64,000 nucleotides of DNA, from the NCBI GenBank assembly GCA_034926225.1, contig JAYFRF010000008.1, positions 128,132-192,131 of the forward strand, in the 5' to 3' direction. The stretch comes from Clostridiaceae bacterium. GTDB taxonomy: Bacteria; Bacillota; Clostridia; Oscillospirales; QAMX01. The position numbers and the translations under genes were made by a program. Under the pieces are notes generated by a model. That model did not search any database and was not told where the DNA came from. It worked only from the letters and a program-made list of their open reading frames with translations. Below, piece by piece: positions 8,180 through 19,929 of this stretch. Numbering within the stretch: the stretch's first letter is position 1; each line of letters opens with the position of its first letter.

Positions 8180-9463
8180 TTACATGAGTTTATCAATCCC
8201 GCCTAAAAAAGGACGCAGCACTTCCGGCACAGTTACGCTGCCATCGGCATTTTGATATTGTTCGACAATCGCGGGGAGAATCCGGCTGGTCGCAAGACCC
8301 GAGCCGTTCAGCGTATGCACAAACGCGGTCTTGCCCGTCGCGCTGTCACGGTAACGGGTGTTATTGCGGCGAGCCTGATAATCGTTAGCGTTCGAAACGG
8401 AGGAAACCTCCTTGTAGATGCCCATCGACGGGATCCAGACCTCGATATCATAGGTGCGCGCCATTGACGCGGAGCAGTCGCCTGCCGCGAGCTTCGATAC
8501 ACGGAAGTGCAGCCCCAGCTTTTCAACCAGCCCCGACGCCTTCCCGACAAGCTCCTCAAACGCCGCCTTCGACTGCGCAGGCGTCGTGAGCTGCACCATC
8601 TCGACCTTATCGAACTGATGGCCACGAATCATCCCACGCTCCTCGGCGCGTGCGGATCCGGCTTCCTTACGGTAGCAGGGCGTGTACGCGAAAAACTTCA
8701 TCGGCAGCAGCTTCTCGTCGATGATCTCATCCCTGTATAGATTCACCAGCGCGGTCTCCGCCGTCGGAAGCATGAAAAGCTCCTTTTTACGGTCGCCGCT
8801 CTCACCCTCGAGCCAGTATACTTCATCGGCAAACTTCGGGAACTGTCCCGCGCCGAGTCCGCAGTTGTACCCGAGCTGATGCGGCGGCAGGATGAACTCG
8901 TAGCCGTCGCCGAGGTGCTCGGACACAAAGAAGTTTAAAAGCGCCCACTCGATGCGCGAGCCCATGCCGCGGTACACCCAGTAGCCGTTTCCGGAAAGCT
9001 TAACGCCGCGTTCGTAGTCGATCAGGCCAAGTCCCGTGCAAAGATCGACATGATTTTTCGGTTCAAAGCCAAATTTCGGCTGCTCTCCGCTGACACGGAT
9101 AACCTTATTGTTTTCCTTCTCGCCCGGCAGCAGGTCGTCGTCCGGCAGGTTCGGCAGGACAATCAGGAAATTATAAATTTTATCATTTAATTCATTGATT
9201 TTCGCATCGCCGGCAACGATTTCATCGCCAAGCGCACGCATTTCGGCAAAAATCGCATCCACCGGCTGACCGGCTTTCTTCAGCTTCGGTATCTCGGCGG
9301 AAACCTTATTTCTCTGCGCTTTTTTCGTTTCGATATCGCGTAGAAGGGTCCTTTTATCGGCATCCCAGTCCAATAAAGGCTTAAAATCGACGATGCAGCC
9401 TTTTTTTGCAAGCGCGGCCGCGATGGCCTCCGGATTGCTTCGGATAGCATTCTGATCTAACAT
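8180..9463 (-). CDS. serS: Serine--tRNA ligase
   Basis: 427 aa with the MLD...IR N-terminal coiled-coil arm and class II core motifs (FMLPTAE, YRKEAGS, RGHQFDKVE, GSGLATSR). Confidence 0.95.
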   Translation of the reverse strand: MLDQNAIRSNPEAIAAALAKKGCIVDFKPLLDWDADKRTLLRDIETKKAQRNKVSAEIPKLKKAGQPVDAIFAEMRALGDEIVAGDAKINELNDKIYNFLIVLPNLPDDDLLPGEKENNKVIRVSGEQPKFGFEPKNHVDLCTGLGLIDYERGVKLSGNGYWVYRGMGSRIEWALLNFFVSEHLGDGYEFILPPHQLGYNCGLGAGQFPKFADEVYWLEGESGDRKKELFMLPTAETALVNLYRDEIIDEKLLPMKFFAYTPCYRKEAGSARAEERGMIRGHQFDKVEMVQLTTPAQSKAAFEELVGKASGLVEKLGLHFRVSKLAAGDCSASMARTYDIEVWIPSMGIYKEVSSVSNANDYQARRNNTRYRDSATGKTAFVHTLNGSGLATSRILPAIVEQYQNADGSVTVPEVLRPFLGGIDKLM

Positions 9464-9479
9464 GGCACCCTTTTCTCCC

Positions 9480-9713
9480 TTATTCCCCTAATTTATCTTC
9501 TAACTCAGCGACGCGTTCCTCCAGCGCCGCAATTTTCGCGTCCCGTTCGGCCAGCGCAGAGTCCAGCATATTAAGCTGCTGCTTTGTCTCTTCTTCCCGC
9601 ATGTCGTTAATATAGGACATCAGCACTAAAACCAACGCGATTGTGAACATCGGAATGATATACGTGAAGACAAATTTACGCAGTGACAGCGTCGTTTCGC
9701 GATTCATGGTCAT
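9480..9713 (-). CDS. Small membrane-anchored coiled-coil protein (unknown function)
   Basis: 77 aa with one hydrophobic helix (FVFTYIIPMFTIALVLVLMSYI) followed by a heptad-like acidic coil (LAERDAKIAALEERVAELEDKL). It is packed 2 nt after parB and 16 nt before serS. Confidence 0.5.
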   Translation of the reverse strand: MTMNRETTLSLRKFVFTYIIPMFTIALVLVLMSYINDMREEETKQQLNMLDSALAERDAKIAALEERVAELEDKLGE

Positions 9714-9715
9714 TT

Positions 9716-10588
9716 TTATTTACCCCCCGCAGCATCCATCAGCTGCGTGATCAGCGTATCAAGATCGTCATTATCGTAGTACTCCAGCATGACATATCCC
9801 TTTCCTTTACCCGGACGGAAGGTCACCCGGCGTCCGTACAGGCCCGACAGCCGTTCGCGGGTTTCTCCGAGCGGATCGGCCCCTTCCTCTAAAGCCTCGG
9901 ACTTTTTCTTCTTCGGCTTTTCCGCTGCCGCTTTCCATGCCGCCGCAAGCTTCTCCGTTTGCCGGACGCTCAAGCTATTATCCGCGACTCTCGTCGCAAG
10001 CTCCCGGATCATCTGCGTGTCCTCCAGCGTGAGGAGCGCTCTTGCGTGTCCCGCCGAAAGCCTGCCGTCCCGCAGCATCGCGCGCACATCGTCTGGTAGC
10101 GATAAAAGCCGGATGGCGTTGGCTACCGCCGGGCGGGATTTACCCACCTTCTGCGCGGCTTCCGCCTGCGACAGCCCAAACTCCTCGGTCAGCACCCGAT
10201 AGCTCTCCGCTTCTTCAAGAGGATTCAAGTCCTCCCGCTGCAGATTTTCGATCAGCGCAAGCTCCGTCATCCGCCGGTCGTCGGCTTCCAGAATGATCGC
10301 CGGAAGCTCGAGAAGCCCCGCGCGTCTCGCGGCCCTCCAACGGCGCTCTCCCGCGATCAGCTGAAAACCATTGCCCACACGCCGCACCAGCAGCGGCTGC
10401 AAAAGGCCGTTGTCGCGGATCGAATCGGCAAGCGCCTGCAGCGCTTCCTCATCAAAGTCCCGCCGCGGCTGCTTCGGATTCGGCTCTATATCGCTGACAC
10501 GCAGCGTATGCACCGCGCTTTCCGGCGCCGCTTCGCCCGCGTCGCTGCCGAGTAGTGCACCGAGTCCTCGCCCCAATCCTTTTGCCAT
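9716..10588 (-). CDS. parB: ParB/Spo0J chromosome partitioning protein
   Basis: MAKGLGRGLGALL N-terminus, the ParB box NPKQPRR.FDEEAL..LA.SI...GLLQPLLVR and GERRWRAA, and an HTH segment. The ATG at 10588 has AGGAG upstream. The track start at 10699 overlaps the upstream gene. Confidence 0.9.
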   Translation of the reverse strand: MAKGLGRGLGALLGSDAGEAAPESAVHTLRVSDIEPNPKQPRRDFDEEALQALADSIRDNGLLQPLLVRRVGNGFQLIAGERRWRAARRAGLLELPAIILEADDRRMTELALIENLQREDLNPLEEAESYRVLTEEFGLSQAEAAQKVGKSRPAVANAIRLLSLPDDVRAMLRDGRLSAGHARALLTLEDTQMIRELATRVADNSLSVRQTEKLAAAWKAAAEKPKKKKSEALEEGADPLGETRERLSGLYGRRVTFRPGKGKGYVMLEYYDNDDLDTLITQLMDAAGGK

Positions 10589-10610
10589 GTCTTTTCTCCT
10601 AATATTTCCG

Positions 10611-11495
10611 TTATAATCCAAGTACCGCCGGAAGCGCCCGATACGGCAGGAATTCGATTCCCATCTCCCGAATCGCACCGAGGTTTGCCGCGTCCGCAAA
10701 GAACTGATACTCCCACACGCGCGGCAGATACCAGGGTGTGATCGCCCGCAGCTCCGGGCTGTCCTCGCTTGGATGAATATAGACCTCCGTCACGCCCTCG
10801 GGAAAGCTTCCGATATGCGTCATCAGTCCCGTGCGGAATTCGTCATAGTCCCGCGCCTGCTTCAGATGTCCGTGTGCGATCAGATAATCCGGCATTGCGA
10901 CATGCAAATTTCTCGCGCAGTCCGCAACCCCATCAAAGTACCGCCGCACCTCGTCCGCGGGCATCCCAAAGCGCTGTGCATATGCCGCGATTTCCTCCGC
11001 GCCATGCTTCGTGGGAAACCGGAACGATAGCCCATATTCTGCTGCCAGCTTGATCGACATCTCCAAAAGCTCCAGCTTCCCCGAAGCCACGCCGTACGCC
11101 GTCCCCATATGGGAATCCATATGCGACGGCGTAAGTCCGCACGCTTTGGCGCGTTCGATCTGCGCCCGGAATTCCGCATCCACGCTTGCCGCGTCCGCAT
11201 GCCTTTCGGCATCCGCGGCAGAGCGGTAGAAATACCCCTCGGCATCCCGGAAGCACGCGGCTCCCGTCAGCGAGCCCCAGCGGTAGTCCGTCCACTCGGC
11301 GGTTGTCGTCAAGTGGACGCCGATAGACTTGTCCGGATGCGTCTTTGCGATCGTCACGGCCTCATTCGCCCATGAGCATGGAAACATGATCGTCGCGGAC
11401 GTGATCCCCCCGCATTGAAGAAGCGTGCTCATCGCCGCGTTTGCCGCGTGACACATGCCGCAGTCGTCCGCGTTGACCATCAAATACCTAGCCAT
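10611..11495 (-). CDS. YdjC/ChbG-family carbohydrate deacetylase
   Basis: YLMVNADDCGM N-terminus, HLTTT, HMDSHMG and EVYIHP blocks are characteristic of the YdjC family. The alternative GTG start is at 11504. Confidence 0.7.
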   Translation of the reverse strand: MARYLMVNADDCGMCHAANAAMSTLLQCGGITSATIMFPCSWANEAVTIAKTHPDKSIGVHLTTTAEWTDYRWGSLTGAACFRDAEGYFYRSAADAERHADAASVDAEFRAQIERAKACGLTPSHMDSHMGTAYGVASGKLELLEMSIKLAAEYGLSFRFPTKHGAEEIAAYAQRFGMPADEVRRYFDGVADCARNLHVAMPDYLIAHGHLKQARDYDEFRTGLMTHIGSFPEGVTEVYIHPSEDSPELRAITPWYLPRVWEYQFFADAANLGAIREMGIEFLPYRALPAVLGL

Positions 11496-11530
11496 CCGAG
11501 ACACTTCCCTTTATCAGTTTTTTAAGATGC

Positions 11531-12286
11531 CTATGCATTCGCTATCACGAATTCCGCCAGCTTATCGTAGCATTTTGACCCCTTTGACGCCCGGTCATAC
11601 GCTGTCACCGGCATACCGTGACTCGGGGCCTCGGAAAGGCGCACATTACGCGGGATGACGACCGGAAACACCTGACGCGGGAAATGGCGCTTGACCTCCT
11701 CCGCCACCTGCAGTGACAGATTTGTGCGACCGTCGTACATCGTCAGAAGAATCCCCTCGATATCGAGCGTCGGATTCAGCGTGCGGCGGATCATCCGCAG
11801 CGTCTCTGTCAGGCTCGAAAGCCCTTCCAGCGCATAGTACTCGCATTGCAGCGGAATCAGCACGGTATCCGCCGCGACCAATGCGTTTACCGTCAACAGG
11901 CTTACCGACGGCGGACAGTCGATGATGATGAAATCGTACTCAAATGCGATCGACGCCAACAGGTTTTTCAACCGGAACTCTCTTTGCGGCTGATCGGCTA
12001 GCTCCAGCTCCGCACCCGCCAGCGCAATCGACGACGGCAGCACATCACAGTACTTCGTTTTGAGAATCAGGCTCCGGGCCTTTTCTTCTCCCAGCAAGCC
12101 CTCGTAGACATTTTTACGTTTATCATCGCGCGCCACGCCCAGTCCGGAAGAAGCGTTCGCCTGTGGATCGAAGTCGCACAGCAGCGTGCGTTTTCCTCTC
12201 TCGTAGAGCGCGCTAGCCAAATTGACCGCTGTCGTCGTCTTTCCGACGCCGCCTTTTTGATTGGCTACCGCGATTATTTTACCCAT
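11531..12286 (-). CDS. soj: ParA/Soj partitioning ATPase
   Basis: Deviant Walker A NQKGGVGKTTTAVNLA, DFDPQANAS and IIIDCPPS motifs. GGGAG SD upstream. Confidence 0.9.
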   Translation of the reverse strand: MGKIIAVANQKGGVGKTTTAVNLASALYERGKRTLLCDFDPQANASSGLGVARDDKRKNVYEGLLGEEKARSLILKTKYCDVLPSSIALAGAELELADQPQREFRLKNLLASIAFEYDFIIIDCPPSVSLLTVNALVAADTVLIPLQCEYYALEGLSSLTETLRMIRRTLNPTLDIEGILLTMYDGRTNLSLQVAEEVKRHFPRQVFPVVIPRNVRLSEAPSHGMPVTAYDRASKGSKCYDKLAEFVIANA

Positions 12287-12635
12287 ATTTTAGCTCCCAG
12301 AACGGTTTTATCCTTTTAATTATACCATACATTACGAAAAAATCAAGATGCTGCGGTACCTTTTTCTCGTCCCCCCTCTTTTCAGAAGATCCATGCTTTC
12401 CAAACGACATTGCCATTGTCAATTATCACTGTCAATCTTTTGTTTGACAAAATAACCCGTTTTTTTCACGTCAATAATGGCAAATATTATGAACTGACTG
12501 TAAACTTCCCATTTTGACTCTTGATTTTTACAAACGCTTTGTTTATTCTATGCGTATTCTTCTAAGAAACAACGTGCGGGCAGCCGGAATCGGGACGGGG
12601 CGTTTTCAGGCTTTTCCGCTCGTAAGGAGGTTTTT

Positions 12636-14015
12636 ATGAAACAAAAACCCGTCGCATTTGCAAAAAACGCCGTCTGTATCCTAAGTTGTCTCTGTTTTTT
12701 GCTGACTCTTTTACCCACAACCGAAGCCGTTTACAATGAGCTGACCGTCAGCGATTCGCTCGTTGACATCGTCAAAAATTACGAGGGCTTTTCCAAATAC
12801 GCCATCAACGACGGCACCGGATGGTACATCGGCTATGGCTCCAGCTGCGGCCGCTACGAATACCCGAGCGGCATTACCGAGGAGGAAGCGGATACTCTGC
12901 TGCGTTCCATGCTGTCGCTTTGCTCCGACGTCATCAATAACTTTGCGAAAAAGAATAAGCTCACCTTTACACAGTCACAATTCGACGCGCTCGCTTGCTT
13001 TACCTACAATTTGGGTGATAAGTGGATTCGCAATAACTCATCCCTCGCGCAAGCTTTAAAAGACGGCATCGAATCCTATACCGATTTGCAGGTTGTCAAC
13101 CTCTTCGGTGTTTGGTGTCACTTCGATTCTTCCCCCAGCAAGGGACTTGCCCGCCGCCGTATTGAAGAAGCCTGCATTTTTCTATATGGCGACTACAGCG
13201 GCTCCGAAACCGAGCGTTACACCTACATAACCCTCGCGGCCGACGGCGGTGAGGTTGATACCGACGTCGTCTTCTATGAAAAGAATGAGCCTTACGGCGC
13301 CCTCCCCTATGCGACCAAATCCGGCCACACCCTTTCCGGTTGGAAGACCTCCGATGGCAGCATTCTCGCCACCACCGACATCGCAACCGGCATTACCTCT
13401 GTCAAAGCCGTCTGGGGCGTCGGCTCCGCTCCCTCTACGACAGCCCCACCCGCAACGACCACGCCCGCTAAAGTGATTACAACCGTCATGTCTACCGCCA
13501 CCGTCCATCCGGCCGCGACTGCCGGCTCCTTTCATGACGTCTCCTCCGGCGCATGGTACTATCCCTATGTCCGTGACCTCTCCGCCACCGGTGTTCTCAG
13601 CGGCTATCCCGACGGCAGCTTCCGTCCCGACGATCAGGTAACCCTTGGCGCCGCATTAAAGCTCATCCTCCGTGCGGCGGGCTTTGAAGAAGAGGATCCC
13701 ATCAACGCCCACTGGGCCAGCGGTTATGCCGCCTTTGCCGTCATGGAAGGCATGGTCTCCGCGTCGGACGTTTCCAATCTCAACGGTTCCGCCAGCCGTC
13801 TCCTTGTTGCACAGATCGCCGCGCAGTCCATCGGCCTTGAATACTCCTTCGGCAGCACGCCCTTCGTGGATACCACGGACGGCTTCGTCATTTCCCTGTA
13901 TCAGCGCGGCATCATCAGCGGCTTCGACGTCTCCGGCGCCATGTTCTATAAGCCCACCTCGGGCATCACCCGAGCGGAAATCTGCGCCATCGTCTGGCGG
14001 ATCGCGCATATGTAA
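12636..14015 (+). CDS. Secreted GH24-type lysozyme with a B-repeat and C-terminal SLH anchoring domains
   Basis: Signal peptide (AVCILSCLCFLLTLLPTTEA). Phage-type lysozyme core (IVKNYEGFSKYA...GYGS...T..QFDALACFTYNLG). A GHTLSGWKTSDGS repeat and a Thr/Pro/Ala linker. SLH-like segments (FHDVSSGAWYYPYVRDLSATGVLSGYPDGSFRPDD.VT). AAGGAGG SD upstream. Confidence 0.75.
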   Translation: MKQKPVAFAKNAVCILSCLCFLLTLLPTTEAVYNELTVSDSLVDIVKNYEGFSKYAINDGTGWYIGYGSSCGRYEYPSGITEEEADTLLRSMLSLCSDVINNFAKKNKLTFTQSQFDALACFTYNLGDKWIRNNSSLAQALKDGIESYTDLQVVNLFGVWCHFDSSPSKGLARRRIEEACIFLYGDYSGSETERYTYITLAADGGEVDTDVVFYEKNEPYGALPYATKSGHTLSGWKTSDGSILATTDIATGITSVKAVWGVGSAPSTTAPPATTTPAKVITTVMSTATVHPAATAGSFHDVSSGAWYYPYVRDLSATGVLSGYPDGSFRPDDQVTLGAALKLILRAAGFEEEDPINAHWASGYAAFAVMEGMVSASDVSNLNGSASRLLVAQIAAQSIGLEYSFGSTPFVDTTDGFVISLYQRGIISGFDVSGAMFYKPTSGITRAEICAIVWRIAHM

Positions 14016-14037
14016 ACTTTATTTTCTCCGTATGGAA

Positions 14038-14065
14038 ACCCCCGGCGATGGCCGGGGGTGTTTTT
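14038..14065. terminator. Rho-independent terminator between convergent genes
   Basis: ACCCCCGGC-gatg-GCCGGGGGT followed by GTTTTT on the plus strand. It overlaps the stop codon of the minus-strand GH36 gene. Confidence 0.75.
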
Positions 14066-16094
14066 AATATTCGATCTCTACGCAGAGGTTCTGTCCGTTT
14101 TCTGTATTACAGTCTACATAATATAGTTCACTTTCACCTGTTACGGTTTTCTGCGTGCCATTTACGCGCACACAGGCAGGCATTTTATCCGCATAAAATG
14201 CAAACCGTCCTCCGTCGCGCAGCAGCACCACCGTACGGTCGGCAAAGCGCTTCTCATACAGGATCGCGGCGCCGGGAATGTACTTGCCGGCCAGTCCGAT
14301 CGGCACAATCCCGCCGCTCCCCGGATAGAACGTATAGAGCCGCACCTCGCCGGGCAACAGCGTAAAGGAGCATTTCTTCCTGTCTTCCAGTCGTTTTGCT
14401 TCCCCTGTGAAATATTCATACGCAATGCACGCCCCAGCCATCTCGGCATCCTCCGCCCCGACGGCACACGGCATCGGCTCTTCTCCCTGATACAGATTGA
14501 ATACGGCGACTACGCCATACCGTCCGAGCCGGTTATAAATCTTCATCGGCACCTTCTCCCGGTATGGGTCGCGCAGCAGGCAGCCTCTCGATGGCTTGCC
14601 GCCATCGTCACAGCGGATGACCCGTCCGTCGGAGAACACCAGCGGCATCAGGACTTTCTCATCCGTATCCCCTACGCGGTCGCTGACATACACAGGCCCC
14701 CCGCTGACGGCGCGCAGCACTGCGTTGCGCACGGAGTCGTTCTGCGACGTCCACCACATATCCCAGTCGCCGCGGATAAACGCGCTGTGGAAGACCGCGT
14801 TGTAGGCATTTTGCAGCGCGTGCTCATGGAAGCCCTGCTGTTCCTCCGGCAGAATGTCGACTTTATGCGGCAGGTAGTCCATGCTGTTGCGCGATACGGC
14901 GGTATAGGATCGATGGAAGACGTTTTCCTCCCGCATGCCCATGCAGTTTAGGACATGACCGTCGAAGAAAACCGTCCCCGCCGCCTCCGCCGCGGCTCCC
15001 AGCTCCTCCGCAACGGAGGCGGGATTGCGTTCGCCCTGATAATACCGGTATGTCGCCCATGACTGCAAGTCGACTTTGACAAAATCGACGCCCTGTGCCT
15101 TTAAGTACGCATACCAGTCCGCAAAGAAGCGATAGGCCTTCGGAAAGGCCGGCGCGGGATAGTACTCTCCTTCTTGATTCCGTACAAGATGATCCCCATA
15201 CGCGCCGATCAGCGGACTATCGGGGTGGATGCCGTTATAAAACGCCGATAACGCGTGCCATACGCCGAGCCAGCGCAGTCCATACTCCCGCGCAAGCGTA
15301 TCCTTCATCGACGCAAACCCCTGCGGGAACTTCTCTCGGTCGGCTTCCATCACGTACAGCTTTTCCTCGCGCAGACTCTGCCAGCCGTCGTCAAGGATTA
15401 CCCAGCGCGCCGGCACCCTCTTATCGTAAAACTCTTGAAACTTCTCCGTTACGACACTCTCTTTTAGGTTGCGGTAGCAGGCGTCCCAGGTACACCAGCC
15501 CAGATACTCAAACATTTCCGGGTACCTGCGCCGCTCCACAGGCACGGCATCCGGGGAAACCTCCTTCGTCGCCGCGCGGACGGCTTTATCCGCCAGTACA
15601 TACGGGTTATCCCCCGCCGCCATGACGAGCATCAGCTGTTCGCCCTCCGCCGCACATTCAAACGCCGCGCAGGTCTCGCCCTTCCCCTCTCCCCGCAGGA
15701 AGACGTTTGCCTTATCGGATACCGGCAACAGCACGCACCAGGTATCCCGTTCCCGCCAAAGAAGCGACTGGGTCAGCGCCGGAATCTCGCCGAAATCGCG
15801 GCCGAACCACGGTCTTTGCCAGCAGTCCAGAATGCAGTAATTCGCCATCGCGCCTTCTACGCTGTCCTCCGCCGTGAAGCGGAAGCTGTTTTCGGGATCG
15901 ATTTTCTTCGCCCGGATATATAAAAGCCCGTTTTCGGGTGTAACTAGTATGTTTTCCGGGTCATATTCGCATCGCAGCATCCGGCGTCCGCCGGCTAAGA
16001 TGACAGACCCATCGCTGTATTTACGGATTGAGAACAATAAAATCCCCTCCCTTGTACCTGTCGCGATTATACCATGGATTTTCCTCATCGGCAA
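14064..16094 (-). CDS. GH36-clan alpha-galactosidase / raffinose-synthase (Sip1)-like protein
   Basis: LGWCTWDACY, WVILDDGWQ and GVDFVKVD blocks are typical of the Sip1/raffinose synthase branch of GH36. The start is uncertain. 16094 is a TTG sitting 4 nt from the dnaJ terminator, and an internal ATG (MLRCEYD, 15980) is possible. Confidence 0.7.
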   Translation of the reverse strand: MPMRKIHGIIATGTREGILLFSIRKYSDGSVILAGGRRMLRCEYDPENILVTPENGLLYIRAKKIDPENSFRFTAEDSVEGAMANYCILDCWQRPWFGRDFGEIPALTQSLLWRERDTWCVLLPVSDKANVFLRGEGKGETCAAFECAAEGEQLMLVMAAGDNPYVLADKAVRAATKEVSPDAVPVERRRYPEMFEYLGWCTWDACYRNLKESVVTEKFQEFYDKRVPARWVILDDGWQSLREEKLYVMEADREKFPQGFASMKDTLAREYGLRWLGVWHALSAFYNGIHPDSPLIGAYGDHLVRNQEGEYYPAPAFPKAYRFFADWYAYLKAQGVDFVKVDLQSWATYRYYQGERNPASVAEELGAAAEAAGTVFFDGHVLNCMGMREENVFHRSYTAVSRNSMDYLPHKVDILPEEQQGFHEHALQNAYNAVFHSAFIRGDWDMWWTSQNDSVRNAVLRAVSGGPVYVSDRVGDTDEKVLMPLVFSDGRVIRCDDGGKPSRGCLLRDPYREKVPMKIYNRLGRYGVVAVFNLYQGEEPMPCAVGAEDAEMAGACIAYEYFTGEAKRLEDRKKCSFTLLPGEVRLYTFYPGSGGIVPIGLAGKYIPGAAILYEKRFADRTVVLLRDGGRFAFYADKMPACVRVNGTQKTVTGESELYYVDCNTENGQNLCVEIEY

Positions 16095-16097
16095 GGG

Positions 16098-16140
16098 TTT
16101 TTATTTAAAAAGGAGCCGTCCATGTTCCGGACAGCTCCTT
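16098..16140 (-). terminator. dnaJ (hrcA operon) terminator
   Basis: On the minus strand, AAGGAGCTGTCCGG-aacat-GGACGGCTCCTT (one mismatch) is followed by TTTAAATAAAAA, directly after the dnaJ stop. Confidence 0.7.
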
Positions 16141-16154
16141 ACATTATATATGCG

Positions 16155-17315
16155 TCAAGAAAACAAATCACGCACCTTGCGCATAAAGCTTTTAGTTTCC
16201 TCGGTATGATTTTCCGGCGACAGCGCGTGGTCAAACGACCGCAGCAGATCCTTCTGCTGACGGTTTAAGTTCTTCGGCACCTCGATGTTGACCGTTACGA
16301 AATGATCGCCGCGACCTCTGCCATCGGGACGCTTGATCCCCTTACCGCGCAGACGGAAGATCGTACCGGTCTGCGTTCCTTCCGGAACCGTATACTTTAC
16401 TTTGCCGTCGATCGTCATAACCTCGATCTCCGCGCCGAGTGTCGCATCCACGAAGGAAATCGGCACATCACAGAGCACATCCGAGCCCTGTCGCGTAAAC
16501 AGCGGATGGGGACGGATGCTGACCACTACGTACAGGTCCCCTGCCGGTCCGCCGTTTACACCGGAGTTGCCCTGTCCGCGGAGCTGGATCGGCTGATTGT
16601 CGTCGATACCCTCGGGGATAGTGACCTCTATACGGCGATGGCGGCGTGTCATGCCCTGTCCGTGACAGGTCTTACACGGGCTTTTGAGGACCTTGCCCGT
16701 ACCGCGGCAGTTCTGACACGGCGACGAGCTTTGGAACATGCCAAGCGGCGTACGCTGCGTCGTTTTCACAGAGCCGGTACCGTGGCAGACAGGGCAGGTT
16801 TCCGCCGTTGTCCCGCGTTCAGCGCCGGTGCCGTTGCAGTCCTCGCACTTTTCGATACGATCGATTTCGATGGACTTCGTGCAGCCGAAGGCGGCTTCCT
16901 CAAAGGACAGCATCACGCCGATCTTCAGGGAATCGCCACGCTGCGGCGCATTCCGTCTGGCGGACGAGGTTCCGCCGCCGCCGAAGAAGCTGTCGAAGAT
17001 ATCGCCGAGGTCGATGCCGCCGCCGAAACCGGACGCATCGAAGCCGCCGAAGCCGCCGCCGTACGCGTTTCCCGCGCCGTAGTTCGGATCGATGCCGGCG
17101 TGACCAAAACGATCGTATTTCTGCTTCTTATCGGCGTCCGACAGCACCTCATAGGCCTCGCTGACCTCTTTAAACTTCGCTTCCGCTTCCTGATTACCGG
17201 GATTTAAGTCCGGATGATACTGCTTGGCAAGCTTACGGTATGCCTTTTTTATCTCATCGTCCGACGCGCCCTTTGACACGCCGAGCACTTCATAATAATC
17301 GCGTTTTTCTGCCAT
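16155..17315 (-). CDS. dnaJ: Molecular chaperone DnaJ
   Basis: J domain (DYYEVLGV...[14 protein letters not shown]), a Gly-rich region, and four CxxCxGxG zinc-finger repeats. Confidence 0.95.
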   Translation of the reverse strand: MAEKRDYYEVLGVSKGASDDEIKKAYRKLAKQYHPDLNPGNQEAEAKFKEVSEAYEVLSDADKKQKYDRFGHAGIDPNYGAGNAYGGGFGGFDASGFGGGIDLGDIFDSFFGGGGTSSARRNAPQRGDSLKIGVMLSFEEAAFGCTKSIEIDRIEKCEDCNGTGAERGTTAETCPVCHGTGSVKTTQRTPLGMFQSSSPCQNCRGTGKVLKSPCKTCHGQGMTRRHRRIEVTIPEGIDDNQPIQLRGQGNSGVNGGPAGDLYVVVSIRPHPLFTRQGSDVLCDVPISFVDATLGAEIEVMTIDGKVKYTVPEGTQTGTIFRLRGKGIKRPDGRGRGDHFVTVNIEVPKNLNRQQKDLLRSFDHALSPENHTEETKSFMRKVRDLFS

Positions 17316-17339
17316 ACGTTATATCCTCCGCATACGCCA

Positions 17340-17374
17340 TTTTGCCATGGAATATGGTAGATTCCATGGCAAAA
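17340..17374 (-). promoter_or_regulatory. Perfect 14-bp stem-loop in the dnaK-dnaJ intercistronic spacer
   Basis: TTTTGCCATGGAAT (17340..17353) / ATTCCATGGCAAAA (17361..17374) with a 7-nt loop. There is no U-tail on the coding (minus) strand. Confidence 0.6.
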
Positions 17375-17409
17375 CAGGTATCTCACATGTTCGCTGGGGG
17401 ATTTGCTGC

Positions 17410-19305
<1,896 letters not shown>

Positions 19306-19356
19306 TCAAAAAGCATACATTCTATGATAAAAACGCTTATTTGCTTGCGATAAGCG

Positions 19357-19929
19357 TCAGTTTGCGACCTTTACCATCGCGTGACGAACGACTTTGTCAT
19401 TCATCGAAAAGCCCTTCTGGAACACCTCGACAATCGTATTGTCGTCTACGCCTTCCTGTTCTACATGCATGACGGCGTTGTGCTTCTCCGGGTCAAACTG
19501 CTCACCCTGCGCCGGGATTTCCGTTACCCGGAGCTTCTCCAAGCAGTCGTAAAACTGCTTGGCGGTCATCTCGACGCCCTTTTTAAAGGCATCATCCTGC
19601 GTCTCAACAGCAAGCGCACGCTCGAGGTTATCTAGCACCGGCAGCATCGCCGCAACGATCGTCAAAGCGGCGTCGCCGTAGACGCTTTCCCGTTCACGGG
19701 CGCTGCGCTTTCGGAAGTTATCGTACTCGGCAAGCATCCGGCGGTATTGATCCTCCGTATCGGCAAGCGCCGATTCAAGCTTCTTTTTCTCATCGGTCAG
19801 CTTTCGCAATTCATCGGACTCCTTTGCTTCAGTTTCCGGAGGCTTCACATCCGTAATAACCTCTTTTTCCGGCTTTTCAACCATTCCCTCCGGCGTTTTC
19901 TCGCACGGATTCCTGTTTTCGTTATCCAT
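19357..19929 (-). CDS. grpE: Nucleotide exchange factor GrpE
   Basis: Acidic N-terminus, coiled coil (RMLAEYDNFRKR) and the C-terminal beta domain. It sits between hrcA and dnaK. Confidence 0.9.
   Translation of the reverse strand: MDNENRNPCEKTPEGMVEKPEKEVITDVKPPETEAKESDELRKLTDEKKKLESALADTEDQYRRMLAEYDNFRKRSARERESVYGDAALTIVAAMLPVLDNLERALAVETQDDAFKKGVEMTAKQFYDCLEKLRVTEIPAQGEQFDPEKHNAVMHVEQEGVDDNTIVEVFQKGFSMNDKVVRHAMVKVAN

Noticed and set aside
12455-12480. parS-like or DnaA-box-like words (TTTTTCACGTCAAT, TTATCACTG) upstream of soj
   Set aside because: Too many mismatches to TGTTNCACGTGAAACA or TTATCCACA. They are probably just AT-rich promoter DNA.
12540-12635. Possible cyclic-di-AMP (ydaO-type) riboswitch upstream of the lysozyme gene, suggested by GGAATCGGGACGGGGC and CGCTCGTAAGG
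   Set aside because: Only fragmentary resemblance. The available leader is too short for the ~130-nt pseudo-symmetric motif, and the second half-site is missing.
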